This document shows positions 12,439 to 26,162 of a DNA stretch of 64,000 bases, in pieces. This DNA is from Camelus ferus. Its lineage: Eukaryota. The stretch lies in contig NC_045697.1 of assembly GCF_009834535.1 (NCBI RefSeq), positions 8,496,001-8,560,000 of the forward strand, written 5' to 3'. Numbering within the stretch: the stretch's first letter is position 1; each line of letters begins with the position of its first letter. Under the pieces are notes generated by a model that was not told the DNA's origin, did no database searches, and worked only from the letters and a program-made list of their open reading frames with translations. The position numbers were made by a program, and so were the translations under genes.

Positions 12439-15400
12439 TACAGCTCTCCTTCTCTCATTATCTTTTTGACATGGTCCTTCTATATATATGCATTCAGTTG
12501 ACTTGAGGATCAAACAGAACCAGTTTCTAGAATGCACATTTTAGGAGGAAAAGAGTCTTTAAGAAATAATTTACTATCTTTCAATTTTCAGGAGCCCAAA
12601 AGCAAGCTATTCTGCAACTATGGATAATTATATAATAAAAGTTAGAATCTGATGAGGGCTGACTATGCACCCGGTACTATTCCAGTATCTTTTCATTCCT
12701 TATCTTATTTAATTGAACTATCATGTAAGCATCCCAGCTTGGTGTTGTACCACATACAGGATACCCTGTATAAGTATCTTTTCAATTCACAGCACTTTAA
12801 AATGTTGGTATAAAAACATTTCTTCATTATTTAACCAATTTAATTAGTATTCACAAAATACCTCGAAGTCTCAGTTTTCCCAGCAAAAGCTAAAATAAAG
12901 TATTATTATCCACATGTTATATATAGATCAGGAAAGTGAAGATTAGAAATGATTAAATAACAGCTCAAAAGGAATAGAGTACGCAAGTTCCAGTAACTGG
13001 CTATATAATCAATACCTTATATATCAAAGAAAAGGTTCCTAAAGAGGAAAACATTATTTTCTTGAATGACTTTTTTGTCACTGATGGCAATAAATTTCAA
13101 AGTGCTCAGAGAGGTGTGTGGGAATTTTCTCTGTCCATGCCAAACCTTAGCCCCTGACTATGGTCTTAACAAATAATGCTAGTGCATGATAATAGTAAGA
13201 AAAAATAAGACCTAGTTTATTTTGAGACCTGCAGTCACCAGTTAACCAGTCCTATTTAGTGTCAGTAGGACTAACTGACAGTATCTATAATTTATGATGG
13301 GAGGTACTAATACTGTTATCTTTATTAAAAAATGGTGATGAGGAATGATATTCCCATAAAGAAGACAACGAAAATGAAAGGTAAGCTAATACAGCAGCTT
13401 CATCAAGAGTGGCTGCTTCATTCTGATTTACTTTCAGCCTTAAAAATACCCAAACCATAAGGAGGAGAGAGGGAGAGAGAGGTAGAAGGGGAGGGGGAGG
13501 GAGAGACCAGCCATGATGCAGTATCAGCACTGGAACAGTGGAAAGAACGGGGGGCCTGGGGTTAGATGGCGTGGCACTTAGCCTGGACACTAGGAATGTT
13601 TGAGAAGGATGCTTATTACCTCTGAATGTCTATTTTCTTAGCTGTAAGATATAGAAACAATATAAGGCAGTGTCAGAAAAGCTTTTGTAAGGCTTAAACC
13701 ATCATAAACGTAAAATTGAGAGTCACCTGCACAATTCCAGTCTGGCTCCTACTAAAAATGTGATGTCTGTCCCATTTTAAAAAATGCATTTTTACTCTAA
13801 TTTCTCAAGCTCTATGTATCAGTGGGCAACTTTATTTTAGTCTAAAGCTAGGATAACCTTAGGAAGAAAAGACACTTCTCATGTTTTCAAAGCAGCCTGG
13901 AGAGTTGTGTTTTAAGCTTCCTACTGAGATTTTATTTAGTCCTATGGTCTTCCCTAGAACTACAAGCACGACTTTGACTCTGACAGCCAGAATCTGACAA
14001 CGACTGAGAAACGGAGCCTTGAATTTTAGGCACCTGAGAGCTACACAAAACTGTGCAATTCTTATAAACGTTACAGGTCTTCTGGAGCCTATGAATTACC
14101 TCCATTTAAACTCAAAAGCCCCATGACACGGTTCCCGGGGCCTATAAACCCTGTGATACCAGGCATAATAACTCCCCTGGCAAGAAATAAGCCTCACTTC
14201 CCGCGGCCTATAAAGGACCTGGCCTGACCTTTAATATCAATCAGAGGAAACATGTGCTTGTGAAAGCCCAGGCCTGGGCCTGAAACGGGGAGCGGGCCTG
14301 GAGCCCCCAGGACTGCAGTCCTGCCTGGCAGCCTGGCGAATGACACCATCACACCTGCTTCTATGCCCAGAACCCCTACGAGTCTCTCCTCCCTCATCTC
14401 TGGGGAGCAGATAGGACTGACTACCAGTATAATTGATGGAAAGAGTATCTTATACCAATCACTGTAAAAGGTGGGGTTTGGCCTGGACCTTGAGGGGTGC
14501 AGAGACCCGGGGGAGAAATAAAGCCAAGACAGGTCACTTGAATATATGCAGTCTGTACAATAAGAGGCCAAGCATATGGAAGGTGTGCAGTAAATGCTGA
14601 TCTCTGCTTGAGATTCATGGACTCACAGAACTTACCCAATGTTAGGTCCCAAATAGCCTCAGCAAATCCGGCTTAGAGCTCTTGTCCTGGAACTGTCATT
14701 CCTTTCACCATTAAAAGTACAGCAGATAGACAGCAAAGTATATGGCCACCTCAGCCAACAGTCTCACTTTTGCAGAAGAGGAAACAACAGCCACAGGTGA
14801 GAAGGGCTTTGCCAGAGCTGACACCCACACCCTGATACCCGCAGTCATTCTGTAAACCCTGGAGAAACTCTGGAATCCATAACCTCCTCTGTTTTCTGAG
14901 CACTTCGCACCTGGCCTGGGCCCACTGTCTGTCTCGGATTCTGATAGTCAGAGTCCCCCCCCCCTTATGTTTTCTGAAATAACTTGAATCACAGATGGTG
15001 AGATATGTATATGCAAGTGGCAATCTATGTCAGTGAACTGACCAAACTATGGTGGCATTTATTATTTATTTCTATTTACAGCAACCTCTGGACCCATACA
15101 GACTGAATAATGAGGAATTGTTTGGAGGTTAGTAAGTAGCAAAATGGAACTTTTCAGCATAAATGCAAATTCCACTCCTTTGTTATCAAGTAAAGTGAGC
15201 ATCAGATATTTACAAGAACGCCACTAAAACACAAGAATTCAGTAGAGATGGGCAAGTAGTCACTGAGGTTTTGTGTTGTTTGTTAGGTAGCAATAGCTGA
15301 CTGGTACACTACAATAATAAAAGGAGAATAATTTCTGTCCACCAGAGCTATATGAGAAGTTTCAGAATTTTGATGCAAAAGATGAATCCAGGAACTAATG

Positions 15401-16009
15401 ATAAAGCTGGACAGAGGAATCATAATCAGAGAATGGAAGCTATGGTCCCAAGTCTCCTCTCCAGGCACCTGTGATCTCCTTTGGGTCACAGGAGTAATGC
15501 AGAGGTGAAGACACTCAAAGTCATGTGAATTGAGACTTATTTACCACTGGATTCTGCATAAATAAGAGAAAAGGCTGTGTTGTACCATACAAATCTCAAC
15601 AGTTGGAGATTACACAAGACCTGATGATATTTCAATACTTATTCCTTGCTTATGTACAGTTTTTAAAATATGGATTTATATCCCTTATTAGTTAGAAAAG
15701 GGTTTATGGAGTGGCTAAAACCCCAAGTCAGATATATTCAAACCCAAAACCAATATGGCACCTAAGGAAATTTCTGCAGAGGTAAGAGGGAGCCTCAACA
15801 GGCTTACTTCCATGCATCCCCACCCTAGATTCAACCAGAGCAACTCCACTTTTCATTGTTTTATACCCTGGGATTCTGCACAAAATTCTACCTTAACATG
15901 AGTGAGCCCCAGGCTGACCAGCCTTGCAGCAAAGATGAGAGCTAAAGTTTCTAAAACACACGACTGAAACTAAATTCACTGTTTTCCCCACCCCCATAAA
16001 ATCTCCAAC

Positions 16010-16312
16010 TGTCAAAGAACTGAAGGTGGTTTCCAGCTGACAGCCAGTGTGGAACTGAGGTCCTAAGTCCAACAATCTGCAAAGAACTCAATTCTGCTAA
16101 CAACCAGTTGGGCTTGGAAGTGGATCTTTCCCCAGCTGAGCTTTCAGATGAGATCCCAGCCCCAACTGGCACTTTGACTGCAGCCTCATGAGACACCAAG
16201 GACCCAGCTAAGTTGTGCTTGGATTCCTAACACACAAACTGTGAGGTGATAAATGTATGTTGTTCTCACCAACTAACCGATAATTTGCTACATAGCAATA
16301 GATAATTAATAC
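16010..16312 (+). mobile_element. MaLR LTR (MLT1E/F-like) 3' portion
   Basis: ccagctgacagccag..gaactgaggtcct, ttggaagtggatctttcccc, tgactgcagcctcatgagac, atagcaatagataattaataca. Confidence 0.8.
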
Positions 16313-16424
16313 ACCCCTCCAGTGCACACTCAACACAGCATCCAGAGTGATAGTTCTATGCACAAACCTGATGATGCCCTTCCTCTAACTGAAACCCTTC
16401 CTTCAGTGTCATGGAAAGCAAAAG

Positions 16425-16640
16425 AATGGTATTCACTGAGTGCCTGCTATGTATTGATGCTTTTATGTGCTGTTTCATTTAATCCATAGAGTAACGCAGC
16501 AAAGTCTGGGTTATTAATCCCCTTCTGCAGATGAGAAAACTAGAGGATTAAGTAACTTATTCAAGGCTACAAATCTAGGAAGTGACTAGTCAGAACAGGG
16601 GGACCAAAACTGTCTGGCTTGAAAACTCTTCCACTATACC
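16425..16640 (-). mobile_element. MIR SINE
   Basis: ttcactgagtgcctgctatgt, ttcatttaatcc, gcagatgagaaaact, aagtaactt...caaggctaca. Confidence 0.7.
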
Positions 16641-19600
16641 AGCCTTCAGTACCTTGGTGCAGCATTAAATAAAGCCAGGCTAACCAACGCAGGTGAACTT
16701 TTAGGCCTAGGGAAAAGGGGAGTTCAGCAAAACAAGAGGGAAGAAAAAATTGTAATGTTTCTGCACAGTCTCTGACTTAGGAGAGTTTTATTGATCTCTT
16801 TTGAAACAATGGAAGTTCAGCAAAAATAAGTTTGTTTATTATTAATTCCAGGAATCTGAACCTCAATGGACTTTGTGAGAGGTGTTTAAAACTCAAAGGT
16901 GAAATTCCAGAGTTGGGAGTCTGTGGGATTCTTGTCAAGGGCTACCTTGTTGGGCAGCTTTCTAAAAGACATCTTCCTGATACCGAAAACAAAGGCAATT
17001 ACTTTGTCCCATCTCAGCTTAAAAAGTGTCCCTGGGACCAAAAGTATACCCTACTCTTTCGTCACGATTCAACCCTCTGGCAAAAACTTACATCTCCTGG
17101 AAGTATCCCATTAACCTCACAAATCCCCCACATACCAAAAGCTACATCAGCCTTTAAAAACCAAAAGGGCAGAGGGGAAAAGCTCACAGAAATCTTACAA
17201 GGATGTTGAGGTGTTACAGGCGTGTTCTTAGAGATGAGGTCTTTGATAAATCTAGCATGAGCTGCTAAGAGAGAGAAGAGCCAAGAAGTCAACCTCTTCC
17301 TCCCCTCAGATTTATGAATCTTCCAGCCAGAGGCAAAAGCATCACTCCGTCAAGATCAAAGCTCAGGGAGGTGAGAAGAAAAGCAAGAAGAACAGAGATT
17401 CCCCTGGGATGGAAGTATGTCTGTTTTATGTAACATACATGGTCTGTGTTCTAGAAAGCACATTGCATAGGAAACCCATTTACTAGTCCCCATAAAATAA
17501 ATACTTCCTTTGCATTAAGAATACAAAAAGATGGATATGCTCCTTGCTTGGAATGTATAAAGCAAAGGTTAAAAGTTCCACCGTGTTTTCTGCTCATGGA
17601 AAATAACTTTTGATTCCTCAGCCCAGAGTCCCGATATTTTCCTGGAAGAATCGAACCCGGAGACCAAGAGTATTTGCAAGAGTATTTGCAAAGCCAGCTG
17701 CCACAGGCTGTCGTGGCAAGGTCTTTATTGTGTAAGGGTGTTGCTAGTCACTGAAGTCAAAGCAGGCTCCAAAGACTGACGTAAAAGACAACAGCTACAG
17801 CAGAGAGGCGTAATCGTTTGCAGAACTCTGTGATACGAGTTCTTAGAGGACTCTGCATAAATTCCACGTGATTCACAGACCCCTGATACTCCCCCTTTAC
17901 CATCTGCTGTTTGGCGCGATGGTCATTAACACAAAGCTATTAGGGAATGCTGTGATTATCGACAAAGAACAAAGGCTGAGAGAAACCAACTTCTCAATTC
18001 TAAGGGAAAAAAAACACCAAAAAGGAAATGAAAATATCAAAGGGCCTTGTGTCCCATGACGCCCGTTCCAGCCAAACGCAGACGTGTGTGAAGGGCTGCT
18101 CAGCCTCGTCTGAGGAGCACCTCACTCTTCAACATCTGCAGAGTTTGCAATGGCTGAATGAGGACGAAAAAAGAACATCAGGATCTAGACAATCAAGTAC
18201 TGGATTAGAATAGGAGTCAAAGGGCATTGCTTCTGATCCAGGTCTACCTTCTCTTACTCATCTGTAAAATGGGAACAGCACTGTTCGGGTTGCTAAAGTC
18301 TCTTCTTTATTCAGCTAGACATCTGTTTTATTTAATCATTTTAACATGTAAGACACTAAGTCTGAAGGTGAAGGCACCATGGGCCCTGCCCACCCAGGGT
18401 TCCCAGTAGGAGCAGCGATGAGACACGTACATGCAAAATTGCATTCTCTCAACAGGGGTAAGTGTCATATTAAATAACCAACCAGAGGAACAGTATCTTC
18501 AGCTGCCAAAAATTTAATCCCAAACTTGCAACTTTCTCTCTCACATGAGAGGTTGTTACAGCATGTCTTCTCCGTTCCCATCCCATTCATGGTGCCATCT
18601 TCCTTTCTTACACTTTGCTCTTTGCCAAAATTTTCCCCATCATTTTAGGTTTATTCTCCCTAGAAATGTCATCTAACCTTCGTGAATAACTTTCTTGAGA
18701 AATGAAGATTGTAAATAAAGGGATATGTGGTGCCTCGGAGAAGCCTTCATGAATATGTGGTTGACTGCAGGTGACTGGTGTGTACACGGAATGTACAAAT
18801 TGTTAACTGCTATACAACATAAGGAATGGATGTTCTTGTAGTCATGCTGATACAGAGGAGGAGAATTATCTTAATGCAAAATATTTCTATTTGTATCAAC
18901 ATAGAATATAGATTTACAGAAATCTTTTCTCACAAAAGATCTAACGGTGGTTCTAAGCCACAATAAAATAACCTATACCCAGTCAGGGCTGGGTACGCTG
19001 AGACGTTCCCTGGGGCTCTGGCTCAGCCCTGGCAGCTGGAACTCATGTTCCCCTCATGGCTGACTAAAGGCTCAACAGGTGAGCCTGCTTCTCCAGACAC
19101 CTTTGTCCCTCAGGACAGACTCCCAAACCCAATTGCCAGGCTCTGACCTGCCTTCTGTTCTGAGGCAACAACCTGCCGGAATCTTCTCCCTGAGTAAGAT
19201 GCTAGAAATAAGGGAACAGGTAAACACATGCCTCTCAACCACTCAGCGTGAGCCGACCTCATGCTGGTCCCTGAGTCTGAAATCCTGTCCTGTTTGCTCT
19301 GCCTCTCGGACTGTTACTCATCTTCAAAGTCCAGCCCAAGTGCCACCTCCCCCATTAGGGCTCCTTCCCCATGCCTGGCGGCGTGGTCTGCGGACTTCTC
19401 CCTGCGCCCAGCCTCCATCACAGAATCACAGTGTGGTCCCTGCAGTCAGCGCGCCCTCCGACCAGCTCCTAGAAGCAGAGGTTTTTCAGAACCATCTAAC
19501 TCATCCCCGGGAACCCCCGCCTCAGCAACCAGCATGGTGCCCAGAACTTGCTCAGTGAATACTTATTAAATCATCTTGTTTTTTATCCAGCTCTCCTTTT

Positions 19601-19774
19601 CTTTCTTATAACTACTTGGATAACAAATAACAGCACAAACACTCTTCAAGGGAGAAACCCTCAAATATTACGTGTCAGGCTAATAAGCAAGAACACATGT
19701 TGTCTTTAGCTGAACATGAGAACAAAGGCTACAAGGAACACATTTCATTTTTCCCCGCAGTGAAGAGGAAATAG

Positions 19775-19975
19775 CACAGCATGGCACCAAACAGATCTGA
19801 GTTCGAAATCCTGACTCAATGATTTAGAATCTGTATGACACTTTGAAAGTCTCTGAACCTCTCTGACTCTCATTTATCACCTGTAAAACTAGGGCGATGA
19901 AGGACAGTAGGGGAGACCCGGTGACAGTGCGTTAGAGCATCCCAGGCCTGAACACAGTAGTCACTCAACAGATGT
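19775..19975 (+). mobile_element. MIR SINE
   Basis: cagatctgagttcgaaatcctgactc, ctcatttatcacctgtaaaactaggg, cctgaacacagtagtcactcaa. Confidence 0.65.
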
Positions 19976-21929
19976 GGCTTCCTTCCTCGCCCCGAATAAG
20001 GAAGCCAAACTAATCCCATTCTCCTGGGAGAGAGGCAAAATATATATAAATATACATGTACATGAAAAGAGAATTGAGTACTGTCAGAAAGAGCAAGCAC
20101 ATCTGTATAAAGACCCACTCCTGCTGATGTGGGTATAACTGAATAATTCATGTTTGCACCCAATGCAATTAAATGGCCAAGCCCCACAGACATTCTCTAT
20201 GCTCTAGACATGGGAATTTATATTAAATTTCTAGTATGCTTGGGAAACATAATTCTAAAACTAAATAAGATTGAGCTAATGATGAAAGGCATACCATTTT
20301 TTAAGTCAAATTTTGAATAGCTTTTTTAACAGAGCATTAGTGTACCATACATACATATATGACTTGTACAGTCTGCTCTACTGAAAAAAAAAGACATAAC
20401 GAAAAGAAGTCCAATCGTAATTGGCAGTAAGAAAAATTGCATTCCTCCTGCCCTTTGCTCAGGCATAGAGCCATCAAAGTGTTATGCCATAAAATTTAAT
20501 TTTTGAGTTTTGAATGATTTACAGTGGAGCAGAACTTATAAATCAGAACAGTAACCATTGCTATGAATAGAGATGTATGTTTTTCCAAAATGTCTAAATG
20601 AAATACCTTGAAACACATGAAAAGGCCTGCACACTTCTCCAAAGGCAGTCATAATTGAAGTTAATCATTCTTGTTTGGACAGAAGGAAATTTACTGACAC
20701 CTAGGCACCTCCCTCTTTTTAAAATGAAGTGATCAAATAGTCATCATCTCTTCTTATGAAAGCAGTTAATCATGGTAATATATCATATTATTGCAGGTCA
20801 GTTTCTCGCCTTATCCGTTAAGTTTGTAAACCCTTTCTATTATCTTTGACTGTGTCTTGAATCTAATGCACTTCTTAAAATAGTTAGGGTACCCAGAGCA
20901 TCATTATGTGAGAGCCCTGTGTGCACGAGCTCACTGACAGAATTCCTCCCTTTCTTTCACATCTCAGTGTCTAGTCCAGCAGCAAGTCCTCTACACTTCT
21001 ACTATTCCTGCCCACCTCCTTATTCTGTCCCCTCCCCATCTCTTACCTTTCTCCTAATTTCCTGCCTGCCTCCAGTGTGGGGAGAATATAGGAACAGGCT
21101 GCCCAAAATGTAAACTGTATCATTTCTTAAAATTCTCCAGTGCCTTCCCATAACACTCAGCATAAAAGCCAGCCTTCCCATGGTGTTTTACGGGGCTTAC
21201 ATGAGCCTGGCCCTGCCCACCCACAGCCCTCATCCAATCTCTCCTCACTGACTCTTCTCAGTCTGAAAACATACCACTTTGTACATACTCCATGATCTCA
21301 AATTTGTGAAAAGTTCTAGATAAACGGATAGAGATGGATGGGTTTATATATCACATACCAAGAAACACAGGCAGAAAAAACACCAATGTATTAATAGCTT
21401 TTATCTCTGGTGGGATTTTAGGTAATTTTATATTCTTCTCTCTACTTGGCTATACATTACAAAATACTGGAAATGAACATATTTTAGTTCAAAAGGGGAA
21501 AAGACATCAGATATATTCTGCAAGACTTCAGAGGGCAGAAGTAGGACTCTTAGGTGCAAACTCACAAAAGATGCCAAGGTTTAGGTCTTTAATTTCCTGC
21601 AGAACAGAAATAACACAAGTTTTCATTCTGATTTTTATCACTCCCAGAAGTCTTCTCCAGCGCCTGACCAATCAAAACATTTGTTGAACAGATGCGCTCT
21701 GATCTCTCTCCCCACCCCACACTCAAAATGTGGACAAAGGGCATCAGGAGCCAGCATGGACCCTGGAGATAAGAGCAGCTGCTGAAAACAGCACCAGAAT
21801 CAGGGATTCTGAAATCATGTGGGTCATCACGTATCTGGTAATATTAATAAATACTTATAATTTTTCATCTCTCCAGCTAGATTATAAGCTCTATAAAGGC
21901 AGGGATCATATCTACCCATCTTGTTTTTT

Positions 21930-22690
21930 CAACAAACATTTGCAGAGTGCTCCCTCACACAAACACTGCTTGAAGTGTTGCAAACACAGCAGTGAAGGAG
22001 AGATACCTGGTCCCTGGCCTCAAAGGATTGAATTCTAATGGGCAGAGAAAGAAAATAAACAAATTACAAATGATACTAGAGTCATAAGTGATACCAGAAT
22101 AGAGAAATGTGGTGGAGGAAGGCAGAGTGGTTTCTTTAGACAGGATGCCAAGAAACGTTCCCTGGCGCCCACAGCAGGGCTGAGACAGGAGCACAGGAAG
22201 GAACCACCCCAGAATACTGTCATCCAGGCAGGGGGATGCGGGGCCAAAGTCCTGAGGCAGAAACGAGGTGTGTGAAGAACAGAAGCAAAACTAGCTTGGC
22301 TGGAGAGAGAGAATGAGTAGCAACAATAGGAGATGAAGTCAGAGACTCATTGAGGGGGTACAGATTATAAAAAGTCATCATGATAAGGAGGCCATCTTTT
22401 TTCTAAGTAGAGTGAAAAGCCATTGGGAGATTTGAAGCAGGGGAATGAAGTGATCTGATGTAGCTTTTTAAAAAGCTACTCTTGCTGCTGGGTAGAGAAT
22501 GAACTAGTGGACACAGGAAAAAACACAGAAGGCTATCACTGAGACGATGAGGTCTTGAGGTAGGATGGAACCATGGAGAGAAGAGAAAGGAATGGCCTCC
22601 TGGCTGGAGGTGGTGTTGACAGCAATGGACTAAAATGTGGAGATATTGAAAGTAAGGAAAAACTGGAATCATGGATGACTCCTGGGTTTA
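21930..22690 (-). mobile_element. L2 LINE fragment
   Basis: caacaaacatttgcagagtgct, aagccattgggagatttgaagcagggg, gtgatctga, ttttaaaaagctactcttgctgctg. Confidence 0.75.
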
Positions 22691-22762
22691 CAACTTATTC
22701 ACAAGTGTGTTCCCAGCACCCAGATCAGGTCCTGATACAATGAGCACTTGGTGATTGTTTGA

Positions 22763-22849
22763 GTGGATGGATGGATGGATGGATGTACGGACTGAAAGAT
22801 GAATGGATGAATAAATGGACAGACGGATGGATGGATGAATAAATGGATA
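22763..22849 (+). repeat. Degenerate (TGGA)n simple repeat
   Basis: Direct inspection: tggatggatggatggatggatg...atggatgaataaatggat. Confidence 0.85.
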
Positions 22850-24034
22850 GTGAGGAGAGCTTAGAGAAACCAATATGGGGTGACAGAGGAAGACAACAGC
22901 CATCTTCTTCAATTCCAGAGGCCCCATCTGGCATTTTCTAGGAGTCCTTCCAGGGACAGCAGTAGGGAGGGCAGGATTTCAGAGCAGGTGGAATTCAGTG
23001 ATGCTGTGAAGTCAGACAGACTCTGACTGTATTGCATTTAAGACCTCGCTCCAAATCTTGCTCACTGTGTGTCCCTGTACTTTGTTAGCCTCTCTGAGCC
23101 TTAGTTTCTTTATTTATAAAATGAGAGTAACTATCAACGTCATAGTCTGACCTCTGTGTACACGGCTTATGTGGCCGTGGGTGAGCCACTTAAGCGCTCT
23201 GAGCTCCAATTTCCTCATCTGTAAAGTGGAACAAATAACCACTACTACCCCTCTCCCAAGACAATTGGAAGGTTAACTAAAAATAATAAAAAAAACAGAT
23301 GGGTACAAGAATTTATTGTCACCTTTGTGACAACACAGACCAGAGTACAGCTCCCCCATCAACACCTGAGTCAGTGAAGCCAGGCAGATGGAGGAGGATC
23401 TCCCGTGGCCAAACCAACCTTCTACCTTGCCTAGAGGCAGAGTCCCCTTCCCGCCAAGCCCAACATGGCCATTATTCTCACTGTCATGGTTCCAACAGGG
23501 CCAAGGCTGTGCCCCACAGATAACTGTCAGGACATGAAGAGAAAAGGTTTTTAAAGACCAGAAAGGAGAGCTTGGGGCACCCTGTGTGGCCTCCCTGCAG
23601 CCTGTAGGAAGAGCACGGCATTGTGGGCACTTCAGCTCTAATTGAGGATGACGGGCTGGATAAATGTATTTATAGCTGCAAAACCCAGAGCTTTCTGGCT
23701 TGCGCCCCATCCTGCTCTAAATGCTCCACACCTGAGGCCCACTGGGCAGGCAGGCGGCGGGGATGGGAGGTACCAACAGGGCCCTGAGGGCCAGAGGACC
23801 AGATATAAATCCCATCCAGACTTCCTTTCCTAAACTCAGGAAATACCAGTCAATTTATATCTCATCATCTTAACCCTGCAGGTCTGGTTAATGGTTTGAC
23901 CCATGTATTCTCTCCTTTTCCAAAATCTTGTCCCGTTCCCTCTTAACTTGATTTACTCTACTTACTCCAGTTGCTGACTTTGGCAAGTTTTCTAGCTCTC
24001 AACCGACCACTGCATGCGGGCATCATCCTGAATG

Positions 24035-24048
24035 GTTTCCATGGCAAC
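24035..24048. promoter_or_regulatory. Canonical RFX X-box
   Basis: GTTTCCATGGCAAC is a full match to GTTNCCATGGNAAC, lying in unique sequence. Confidence 0.55.
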
Positions 24049-24593
24049 GAGGGTGCAACTGCTCTGGCTGCAAGCTCCAGAAAGTGCCCACTCTCATAAC
24101 CTGGGCTGGAAAAACACCCTCCCCCCCAGTCCCCACCCCCTTTTCACTTTCAACACCCAGGCACACTTTGGGGCGCAGCATGAAAAGCCAGGCGAAAAGG
24201 GGCTTATATTTTTACACCATATTTGAGTTAGCTGTTTTATCTGGACATGAACCTGAGCAGGGAGACGAGAGGGAGAGAGAGGGGCTTTATGAACTCAAAA
24301 CCAAAATAGACCATTTAAGCAGGGCTGAGTGAAGTCACCGAATGTGCCGTGGAAAATACTTCCAAGGCATTTTATAAATTTTGCACCCAAAAAAATGCCT
24401 TGGCCAGGTTGGCCTCGCAGCTTTCAGATACTCAAATCCTCCGTTTCTCCATGATTTTCCTTACAGCTTAGGGCTTTAAGAAAACAATGAGAACGTGTCC
24501 CAAAAAGTTACACGAGCACGGCAGGTAAGCTCACTTTCCTACAAATGAGCCACAAAAATCACAGGCTCTGAGAAGAAGTGACATTCTCAGAAG

Positions 24594-24646
24594 GCTCCCT
24601 CCTTCCTCCTCACCTTCTTCTCCTCCTCCTCTTCTTCCTCTTCTCA
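24594..24646 (+). repeat. Polypyrimidine (CCT/CTT)n tract
   Basis: About 50 nt made almost entirely of C and T. Confidence 0.75.
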
Positions 24647-24772
24647 CTGTTACCAGTAACATTAATGGACCGCATCACTGACAGTTTCTGTCTCCTGGGC
24701 TCCTGGTTTTACTTGTGCTTCTACGGAAGGGGGGCTGGGCAGTACTGTTAATCGAGAAACCAAACTCAGCAT

Positions 24773-25647
24773 CTTTTTTTTTCTTTTTGAGCTACACTTT
24801 TAGTTTTTATTTATTTTCTTTAGTTACTTTAATCAAAGTGTGGTTGACTCACAATGTTGCATTAGTTTCTGGTGTAGAGCATAATGATTCAGTTATACAT
24901 ACATGTATATATTCTTTTTCAGATTCTTTTCCATGATAGTTTATGACAAGATATTAAGTATAGTTCCCTGTGCTATAGAGTAGGACCTTGTTGTTTATCT
25001 ATTTTATACATAGTAGTGTGTATCTGCTAATCCCAAACTCATAATTTATCCCTCCTCCCCCTTTCCTCTTTGGTAACTATAAATTTGTTTTCTATGTCTG
25101 TCTGTTTCTGTTTTGTAAATAAGTTCATTTGTATCATTTTTTGATTCCACATGTAAGTGATATCATATGATATTTGTCTTTTTCTGACTTACTTCACCAC
25201 TTAGTATGATAACATTTACATCCATCCATGTTGCTGCAAATGGCATTATTTAATTCTTTTTTATGGCTGAGTAGTATTCCATTTTGTGTGTTTGTGTGTG
25301 TGTACACACATCTTCTTTACCCAATCATCTGTCAAAGGACATTTAGGTTGCCTCCATGTCTTAGCTATTGTAAACAGTGCTGCTATGAACATTGGGGTGC
25401 ACGTGCCTTTTAAAATTGGAGTCTTCTCTAGACACATGCCCAAGAGTAGATTTGCTGGATCATATGGTAAGCCTATTTTTAGTTTTTTAAGGAATTTCCA
25501 AACTGTTTTCCATAATGGCTGCACCAAATTACATTCCCATCAACACTGTAGGAGGGTTCCCTTTTCTCCACACCCTTTTCAGCATTTTTTGTTTATGGAC
25601 TTTTTAATGATGGCTATTTTGACTGGTGTGAGGTGATACTTCATTGT
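24773..25647 (-). mobile_element. 5'-truncated lineage-specific L1 (ORF2 C-terminus and 3'UTR)
   Basis: ORF 25261..25527 (-) [24 protein letters not shown]...[22 protein letters not shown] is the L1 ORF2 C-terminus; perfect 14-bp TSD accaaactcagcat at 24759-24772 and 25648-25661. Confidence 0.95.
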
Positions 25648-26162
25648 ACCAAACTCAGCATATTAAGTGATTTTCCTGAGAAATCTACCCAACCCAAAGA
25701 TATCATGAGAGTTGTGTCTACGCACCCCGGCTCCTCTCGTACTCCCTTGATGGAGGGCACTGCCATCATGCTAGAGGACCCCGTGCCCCACATATATGTC
25801 CGCCCCAAAGTCTTTGCTCCTCCTGGTAGAAAATCCTGCTCTTCCTCAATCCTGCATTCTCCATTCTATCCACTCAAGTCCCCCCACCACAGGCCTGGCT
25901 CAGTGCTACCTCCCCCATGACTCTCCAGTCTCCAGCTCCACTGAACACTTCCTCTGTTTCCCTTCCACCAAACTTCATTCTTCCTATCTTGCCTAAAACT
26001 GTTGGCTGGTCCCAGATGAGCATCTTCATTCTAAGACTTGTTAGCTGTGTGATCTTAGACAAATAATTTAAACTTCCTAAGACTCAGTGTTTCTACTGAA
26101 AAATACAAATAATAATATTTATCTTATAGAGCTGCATGAAAATGAAATATAAAAATATATGT

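Noticed and set aside
19079..19569. Overlapping 159 and 102 aa ORFs
   Set aside because: Low-complexity translation of C-rich, partly L2-like sequence; no homology recognised.
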